From the sequence record NC_105825.1: 64,000 bases of DNA, one strand, 5' to 3'. The translations under genes were made by a program, and so were the position numbers. The notes under the pieces are model-generated. The model made no database searches. It was not told the origin of the DNA and saw only the letters and a program-made list of their open reading frames with translations. Positions 57,505-64,000 of this stretch are shown piece after piece. The first letter of the stretch is position 1. Each line of letters begins with the position of its first letter. The DNA is from Escherichia phage ECOP18.

Positions 57505-57739
57505 TTCTGTTGACCCTACTCAAATAGAGATTGATGTTAATCAACACCCGAATTTCTATGATGTGATTGTAGCACCACCTACACTTGATAAGGTAGTATT
57601 AAAAGTGGATATGTTTGGCAATATAGAGCAGTGGGATGAAGAAGGTTTTATTAACCTATGTTCTGAGTCTCAAGATCCTACCCTTAGGGCTATGCTTGCC
57701 GTATATAACTTAGGTATTATCGCAGGTAGTAAAGAATAA
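57467..57739 (+). CDS. hypothetical protein
   Basis: 90-aa ORF before bidirectional terminator. Confidence 0.4.
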   Translation: MEKAALEAQEVNNSVDPTQIEIDVNQHPNFYDVIVAPPTLDKVVLKVDMFGNIEQWDEEGFINLCSESQDPTLRAMLAVYNLGIIAGSKE

Positions 57740-57740
57740 T

Positions 57741-57780
57741 AAAAAACCCCCAGTGGACAATCCACTGGGGGTTTTATTTT
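57741..57780. terminator. bidirectional rho-independent terminator at early/late boundary
   Basis: 11-bp GC stem flanked by A-run upstream and T-run downstream; between convergent genes. Confidence 0.7.
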
Positions 57781-60022
57781 ATTTAGCTTTCAGCTTTTTA
57801 ATTTCTAATTTGGCAGAATCTAACTCTTGTTTAAGAGTTGTAACAGCAGCTATTAAGTCAGAAATCAGAGCAGATGTACTAACATTTAATACCTCTTCTC
57901 CTTCCCCAACAGTTGATGAGTATACATAGGTAGGATCTACATCACGTAATTCCTGAGCAATATATCCTCTATCATGCCTACCTCCAGCTTTCCAGTCAAA
58001 CTCTCTAGGAGTGATTTTAGTTATTCTATCTAAGGCCCCTTCGGATGCTCTAACTATATTCTCCTTAAGTTTGATATCCGAACCTTCAATAGCAATAGTA
58101 CCTGCAGTGGAAGCAATCCTACCATCATTAGCTCTAAAGAACCACTGTTTTAACCCAAATGTATTAGAGTATATAGTTAAGGCTACAGCATCCAATACAA
58201 CAGAACCACTACGAACAGTCCCGAACTGGAACCTATCGTCATACCACCATCCTTGCAGCCAGTTAACATAACCACCAGAACCTACAGCACCTGGGGCATT
58301 ATTCAACTCGATAGCATTTCTCTCTGCCGCAGATACACCACAACCCCCACCGGGCATAGTATGTAGATCCGTAGTAGTAGTAGCAGCCTCTAAATGTAGG
58401 CCGTTGGCACCCGAAGCTTTTATCCAGGATTTATTATTAATCGAAGTAGGTAAGTTAACAACACCATTAGATTGTACTTCAAAGTTAGCAAGATCCCCAT
58501 TCTCCCTATTATGCGCTTGTAGAACAGCAACACTATAAGGATTACCAAATCTTTTGGCACTTACTATTAAAGCTGAGTGATTAACTGCTTCCCCTACTCT
58601 GTAGTCGCTATATGTAAAGCCACCATAAGTAGTAGTTCCATCAGCAGGGCGTGTAGAATCTCCATTAATAACATGATACTGTGAACCAGCAGCGTTAAAA
58701 GAACCGTTAGCACGGATAATCCAAATACCTGCTGCATGGTTAGGGTATAGATCACCAATAGGGCCGGTACCGCCAGGGTCTGATTGGTAAGCCACACCAC
58801 GACCATATGTCTTGCTACTTCTAGAGGCCGAAAATCCTAAGTGGTCTCCCTTATCTGTACCTCCTATAGTAAGGGAACTACCTGTATCTTGAGCATTTAA
58901 ATAAAAAGCCCCCATGGCATCTATAGCATCTGCGTTACTACCATGAGTATAGAAAGTACCAGTAATATTGGGGGCAACCTGATTCCACACCTGATTAGCC
59001 GAAGGTTCATTAGTAGCACCTGAACTACCAGATAAAAATAAATGCTTAATACTATTTAACTGAGTACCGTTAAGATCTGGAACTCGGAAAGTAGTAGAAC
59101 CATCACCAGTAGAGTAGGAAGCTCTCCAAGCGCAGGGTCTAACAGGATCCCCACTATTAATCCATAAAGCGTCGGAAACAGCGTAAAATAGACCACTAGA
59201 TACCGCAGACCATAGATCTGCTGTTTTAGCATCAGTACGGCTAACTAACTGACCATCTGCTGGTATATAGCCGGCTGGCAGTTTAGTACGGTTACCGTTA
59301 AACCATTCTACAGCACCAATGAAGTTATTCATAACCCCACTCATGCTAGCGTTGCCGCCACCAGAAATATTAGCTAGCTGACGAACAGTAACAGCATCAT
59401 AAGGTGCTTGACCATCGGCGGCTAATGCTAGAGGTTTACCATCTAGCAGCTTAGTTAAGGCCTCCGCAGGAGTACTAGCACCGGTACCACCAGATTGAAT
59501 AGGTAAAGGTATAAATGTACCAGAAGCTGTACTATAAACTCCCCAGGTAGTACCTTCACCAACAGTAAGATAGTTTGTCGCATAGGGACTATATACCAGA
59601 GTTTCGCCGGGCAACTGCTTAAACCTATTAAGATCTAAGTTAACTCTAGCGTTTTCCGCAGTGCTAGCCCCTGTACCACCCTGAGCAACCGTAATAGCCT
59701 TAGTAAGTGCGTTTAGTTCAGTAATATCGTTATTAGCACCTGTAGCAGCTTTAGTGTTGAGAGTACTATTAATACTACCAATTGCAATATTAATATTGCC
59801 AATAGCCTCTACATTGCTCTGAATGGAACTATCTATGCCAGTAAGACGAGTATTTAATTCTTGTTTATCTAAATTATATTTAGATATTTGTAAGTATTTG
59901 GAAGTTAGTACAACAGCACCAGCTTCTCCATCAACAGAGAAAACACCAGCTACTGCTGCGTCTCTGTTAACTACAACGTAAGGCGCCATTGCGCCAGATT
60001 TTGGCATTAAATTACGTGACAT
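57779..60022 (-). CDS. tail fibre with C-terminal intramolecular chaperone domain (LtfB-like)
   Basis: Gly/Ser/Thr-rich beta-type composition; C-terminal GSDIKLKENI ... coiled-coil auto-processing module. Confidence 0.7.
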   Translation of the reverse strand: MSRNLMPKSGAMAPYVVVNRDAAVAGVFSVDGEAGAVVLTSKYLQISKYNLDKQELNTRLTGIDSSIQSNVEAIGNINIAIGSINSTLNTKAATGANNDITELNALTKAITVAQGGTGASTAENARVNLDLNRFKQLPGETLVYSPYATNYLTVGEGTTWGVYSTASGTFIPLPIQSGGTGASTPAEALTKLLDGKPLALAADGQAPYDAVTVRQLANISGGGNASMSGVMNNFIGAVEWFNGNRTKLPAGYIPADGQLVSRTDAKTADLWSAVSSGLFYAVSDALWINSGDPVRPCAWRASYSTGDGSTTFRVPDLNGTQLNSIKHLFLSGSSGATNEPSANQVWNQVAPNITGTFYTHGSNADAIDAMGAFYLNAQDTGSSLTIGGTDKGDHLGFSASRSSKTYGRGVAYQSDPGGTGPIGDLYPNHAAGIWIIRANGSFNAAGSQYHVINGDSTRPADGTTTYGGFTYSDYRVGEAVNHSALIVSAKRFGNPYSVAVLQAHNRENGDLANFEVQSNGVVNLPTSINNKSWIKASGANGLHLEAATTTTDLHTMPGGGCGVSAAERNAIELNNAPGAVGSGGYVNWLQGWWYDDRFQFGTVRSGSVVLDAVALTIYSNTFGLKQWFFRANDGRIASTAGTIAIEGSDIKLKENIVRASEGALDRITKITPREFDWKAGGRHDRGYIAQELRDVDPTYVYSSTVGEGEEVLNVSTSALISDLIAAVTTLKQELDSAKLEIKKLKAK

Positions 60023-60065
60023 TTTATTTCCTTAGTAACTTAGGGGAGGAAACTCCCCTATGCCC

Positions 60066-63000
60066 TTATTTGTTAACTAGAGTAGCTACTAGAGCTCTTA
60101 ACTCTGCCAGCTCTGCCTTGACTGTTTTCAGTTCTTCCTGTGACTCTTCAAACTTAATAGATAAGTAGCGAACTGCTAAAGCAGTATCAATAGCAATTGG
60201 GTTGATATCTAAGGCTAGAGTATCATCATTATAACCAATGATCTTACCTTCTGCATTCTCAGCTTCACCATTACAGCAATGATGTTCTGGGATTTCTATA
60301 ATAGGAGAACCAGGTATTAACTTGACATATTCGGGGTCAATTTTATAAAGATCTTGAGCAATAACACCACGGCGTACACGATTATACTTATCTAGTTTAT
60401 AGATAAATGTGGTAGGTTTAAATTGCTTTATATTCTCATAGGAGGCTAACCCATCATCATAATTAATATCTCTTTTGATATCTCTATCTGAAGAAGGGTT
60501 CATAGCAATGTCATAGTTACCTCCCCAAGGATCATGACCCCAAGTATACATGCTACCATTTGTTCTAAAGTTGAATGAACGGTGGAACTGGCCATCCCCA
60601 TTTAACTTAAGAGCAGCATCAGGCCATGCAGCGTTACCATTAGAAATACATCCAAGCCCAACACGTAGTGAGTAGCCTCCTGTAGATACAGTACCACCAG
60701 AAACAAATGGAGACCAACCACCATCATTATTTGTTACAGACTCTGCAAAAAATGGGGCGCCCATGTAATTCCACTCTAAGCCCCAAGATCCTTGGATACA
60801 CTGACCACGAAAACCTCTTTGAGCAGTTATGTGCCCACCGAAAGAGTTATAGAAGTTAAACTCTTTCCAATCTGTACCAGCGTTGTTAACTCCAATACGG
60901 AAGCAGTCTAAGTCCAGTCCACTACCACGGATACCACCTACTTGCCAGTAACCGTTATACCAGTTACCATGTAGTAAGTTAACCCAAGAACCAGCACCAG
61001 GGTCATTATTAGGAGTAGGTACAGCCATACTAATTTCCCTGTTGCCACCACCTGTTTGCTGTATATAGATTTTTTCCCCACCTTTGATCCATCCCTGGGC
61101 TGTAACATAACCACTTGCAAGGTAGTTAACTGCATGTACATTCTGTAGCCCAGTTAAATCACCATTTTCTACAAACTGTATATAACGGTTTGCACTATTT
61201 AAAGTATTGTTAATATGAAGGGTAATTTTAGCCAAGCCTGATTGCATCTCATGATAGATTCTACCCTGAGTAATAACATTTTGATCAGATTCCTTTAGCC
61301 TGTTTAGATTAAGGACACCACTATGGGGTAGGCTTTCGGGATTAGATAGATCTACCCCAGTAAATCTAGGAGTATTATGATACCCCAATCCAAAGTTATC
61401 ACGCACCGCAACTTTATCAGTAGCTCCTGTACCACCAGAGGCTATAGGCAACGCAGCTACCGTTTCTTCACCCTTCTTCCAGACACCCCATGTTCCATCA
61501 TTAGTTATTCTAAACTCATTAATACCAGCAGGGCTCTGGAGGGAATTGAAAGCAGCATCAGCGGGACTATCATTACAGAAAACTCCACCAACTTCTAAAG
61601 CTTTCTTAGCAGCACTAACTGTGGTAGCTCCAGTACCACCTTTACCAACACTAAGAACTCCATTAGTATCACCATTTAGATCTGGCTTATTAACAGTACC
61701 ATAAAGAATATTAGTATGAACAATAGGGTTTTCACTATCTAAACCAGCATCATTGATTGCAGCTACAAATACTGCGGCACTACCATACCCAGCGCAGATA
61801 AATGAGTTAGTATCTGCTACCCTAGAGTAGAAACCTGCAGAATACGAGGGCAAACCATCAAATCCAGTATCATTGCGATAATACCCAGAACCAAAGGCTC
61901 TCATAGCTTTAAAGAAGGATACTAGATCCGGCTCATTTAACGTAATACCAGCACCACCTAAGCCAAAAGCACCACGAAGTAGAACTTCTCCATCAGTACC
62001 GTTCCAAGCATTCTTAGTAACAACGTTACCTAGTGCTAGGTTACCATTCTCATCAGGTATAATAGCACCATTAACCATAGCCACATAAGGGAGCTTAATA
62101 GCTCCAGTATCATCAGCAGGACTAATCCCATTCACAGTGGTAATATAAGGAATTTGTTCTTTGATAGCACCAGCATCTTCTTCACCCTTAGTTGGTGCAC
62201 GGAATGCCTGTCCCTGCATCATATCTGGTAGACGGAAAGTAGTAGTACCATTACCAGTGGAGAAATAGAGAGTTGCACCTGCTTGCCATTGTTCTTCGGT
62301 AACAGAAGGGATTAAGCCAGCCTCAATAGCTTCCCAAGTATCTGGGTAGTCTACACGAAGAACTTCACGACCATCAGCAGGAAGAACACCAGGGTAGCCA
62401 ACACCTGAATCTTTATCATAAGGGAACCAAGTAACTTCACCCAGCCATAAAGAGGGGTTACCACCAGGAAGAGTAATCTGTACGTTACCTGCGTCATCTG
62501 CACGAACGTTGTTAATAGAAACTAGCTTTTGCTCTGTCTCTACTAACTCTAATACTGGAGTCTCAGCAGTTCCAGCTACTTTGTACCAACCGTACTTTGA
62601 ATCAGTTTGATTCCATACTAAAATCTTTTCACCTAATACACGACTAGATACATCTGCATCAGCTTCAGCTTTAGTTTTATATACTTTGATAAATCCAGAA
62701 ATATCTTCTTTATCAAGTTTAGTGTCTACTATTTGAGCAGCACGATCAGCTTCTGCTTTAGCGCGATTAGCCTCAGTAGTTGCATTTCCTGCCTGATTAG
62801 TGGCTTCACCCTCAGATGCAGCAGCATTAATCTCAGACGTTTTAGCATTTAATTCCGATTGCTTAGCAGCAGCAGCATGTTCTCCAGCAGTTGTAGCAGA
62901 ATTAGCAGCTTTTATTTCGGAAGAGGCGGTTCTTTTCTCAGCAGCTTCTGCACCAGTTTGGGCTGTCTGTGCAGCTATTTTAGCCTGTTCAGCTAATAAA

Positions 63001-63416
63001 CGACTTTGTTCAGCATTCTGCGCTGCCAATTCGGCAGAGTCTCTAAATCCCTTTGATTCTTGCGCAGAAGCTGCAGAATTATCTGCACTGCTCTGGGCTA
63101 ATCCCGCCTGTTTTTCTGACTCAGTAGCAGAGGCAGCAGATTGAGTTGCTGAAGCTTCGGAAGCATCAGCATGAATACCTGCCTGAATCTCTGAATCTTT
63201 AGCTTTATTTTCAGAGTCTTTAGCTGCTATTTCAGAACCTTTAGCAGCAGCAGCGGATCCTGCAGCGGCCTCTACAGCAGCAGTTAATTCACCAGCAGTA
63301 ATAGAACTAATAGAATTACCTAAAACTACTGTATATTTAGGATACTTACTAGCAGTAGTTGTAGTATCATCTATGTTCAGAATCTGCTGTACAATAATTT
63401 TAGTTTTAAGTGCCAT
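60066..63416 (-). CDS. ltf: L-shaped tail fibre with C-terminal intramolecular chaperone domain (LtfA-like)
   Basis: N-terminal Ala/Ser/Glu-rich repeats, long Gly-rich fibre region, C-terminal SSDRDIKRDINYDD ... module. Confidence 0.75.
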   Translation of the reverse strand: MALKTKIIVQQILNIDDTTTTASKYPKYTVVLGNSISSITAGELTAAVEAAAGSAAAAKGSEIAAKDSENKAKDSEIQAGIHADASEASATQSAASATESEKQAGLAQSSADNSAASAQESKGFRDSAELAAQNAEQSRLLAEQAKIAAQTAQTGAEAAEKRTASSEIKAANSATTAGEHAAAAKQSELNAKTSEINAAASEGEATNQAGNATTEANRAKAEADRAAQIVDTKLDKEDISGFIKVYKTKAEADADVSSRVLGEKILVWNQTDSKYGWYKVAGTAETPVLELVETEQKLVSINNVRADDAGNVQITLPGGNPSLWLGEVTWFPYDKDSGVGYPGVLPADGREVLRVDYPDTWEAIEAGLIPSVTEEQWQAGATLYFSTGNGTTTFRLPDMMQGQAFRAPTKGEEDAGAIKEQIPYITTVNGISPADDTGAIKLPYVAMVNGAIIPDENGNLALGNVVTKNAWNGTDGEVLLRGAFGLGGAGITLNEPDLVSFFKAMRAFGSGYYRNDTGFDGLPSYSAGFYSRVADTNSFICAGYGSAAVFVAAINDAGLDSENPIVHTNILYGTVNKPDLNGDTNGVLSVGKGGTGATTVSAAKKALEVGGVFCNDSPADAAFNSLQSPAGINEFRITNDGTWGVWKKGEETVAALPIASGGTGATDKVAVRDNFGLGYHNTPRFTGVDLSNPESLPHSGVLNLNRLKESDQNVITQGRIYHEMQSGLAKITLHINNTLNSANRYIQFVENGDLTGLQNVHAVNYLASGYVTAQGWIKGGEKIYIQQTGGGNREISMAVPTPNNDPGAGSWVNLLHGNWYNGYWQVGGIRGSGLDLDCFRIGVNNAGTDWKEFNFYNSFGGHITAQRGFRGQCIQGSWGLEWNYMGAPFFAESVTNNDGGWSPFVSGGTVSTGGYSLRVGLGCISNGNAAWPDAALKLNGDGQFHRSFNFRTNGSMYTWGHDPWGGNYDIAMNPSSDRDIKRDINYDDGLASYENIKQFKPTTFIYKLDKYNRVRRGVIAQDLYKIDPEYVKLIPGSPIIEIPEHHCCNGEAENAEGKIIGYNDDTLALDINPIAIDTALAVRYLSIKFEESQEELKTVKAELAELRALVATLVNK

Positions 63417-63838
63417 TATTGAGTTACTCCATCGCTGATGTATACTTTACCTTCCATAATACGGAAAGAACTGACTTCAGAGCCAATTACATCACGAGTC
63501 ATTAGGATATCATAATAACCAGCAAAGCGTTGTCTTGGGTTATACTTATCACGTTCTTTAGATGCTTTTTCACCAATATTAGTAACGTCTGCAACGGAAA
63601 GACTAATTGCAGCAGCACCTTGAGCAGCATCAATAACGCGAGTTTTAAAGTTAGCTAGAACTTCGGCGTTCTCGTCTAAGCTAGACTTAATAGTTCCTCG
63701 GAGTGAATATCCGGTTAAGTTAACAGGAACTTCTGTTGGTGGATACACACTATCATCAACATCCATAAACTGCATGATAAGACCATAAGGCACTTTCTCA
63801 TCAACAACAATATCAATTACTCTATTTTCTGTACTCAT
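63416..63838 (-). CDS. hypothetical late protein
   Basis: 140-aa ORF coupled upstream of tail-fibre gene. Confidence 0.5.
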   Translation of the reverse strand: MSTENRVIDIVVDEKVPYGLIMQFMDVDDSVYPPTEVPVNLTGYSLRGTIKSSLDENAEVLANFKTRVIDAAQGAAAISLSVADVTNIGEKASKERDKYNPRQRFAGYYDILMTRDVIGSEVSSFRIMEGKVYISDGVTQ

Positions 63839-64000
63839 TATTTATTACCTTATATGGATATACCCACTATTTAGGTCTATCTTCATCTTATAGTATGCTT
63901 CAGGGTTCCCTGATAGCGCAGCATTTCTATCATAGATTATATTAACACCGATTTGTGATAAGAAGGCATTTCCTGCCACAATCTTATCGGCAGTCACAAC

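Noticed and set aside
62800-63144. 114-aa plus-strand Ala-rich ORF
   Set aside because: Antisense shadow of the Ala/Ser-rich repeat region of the tail-fibre gene.
1-64000. CRISPR arrays, integrase/att sites, transposases
   Set aside because: No direct-repeat/spacer periodicity and no integrase or transposase-like ORF seen; the only mobile-type gene is the free-standing HNH endonuclease.

Overview
This window reads as a T5-like siphophage (Tequintavirus-type) genome segment. The promoter at 39499-39528 matches the classic T5 P_N25 promoter as I recall it, and the flap endonuclease and 855-aa DNA polymerase look like T5 D15 and T5 pol. Layout: (i) 1-30.1 kb, a leftward early region with many small ORFs, a ~25-gene tRNA island (5.9-17.3 kb), lysis-related and nucleotide-metabolism genes (dNMP kinase, RNase H, ThyA, DHFR, NrdB, NrdA, PhoH); (ii) 30.3-57.8 kb, a rightward module (NrdD, Sir2-like, HAD hydrolase, HNH endonuclease, large helicase, split NAD-ligase, DnaB-like helicase, primase, DNA polymerase, D10-like helicase, Mre11/Rad50-like pair, flap endonuclease, dUTPase); (iii) 57.8-64 kb, start of the leftward late region with two tail-fibre genes carrying C-terminal intramolecular-chaperone domains. 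The most unusual element is a rightward three-gene cassette (14.35-16.12 kb) with its own promoter and terminator inside the leftward tRNA/early region, encoding low-complexity proteins with host-like codon usage. All calls are from manual reading of the sequence and the supplied ORF track; tRNA folds and coordinates were done by hand and may be off by a few nt; no database search was run.
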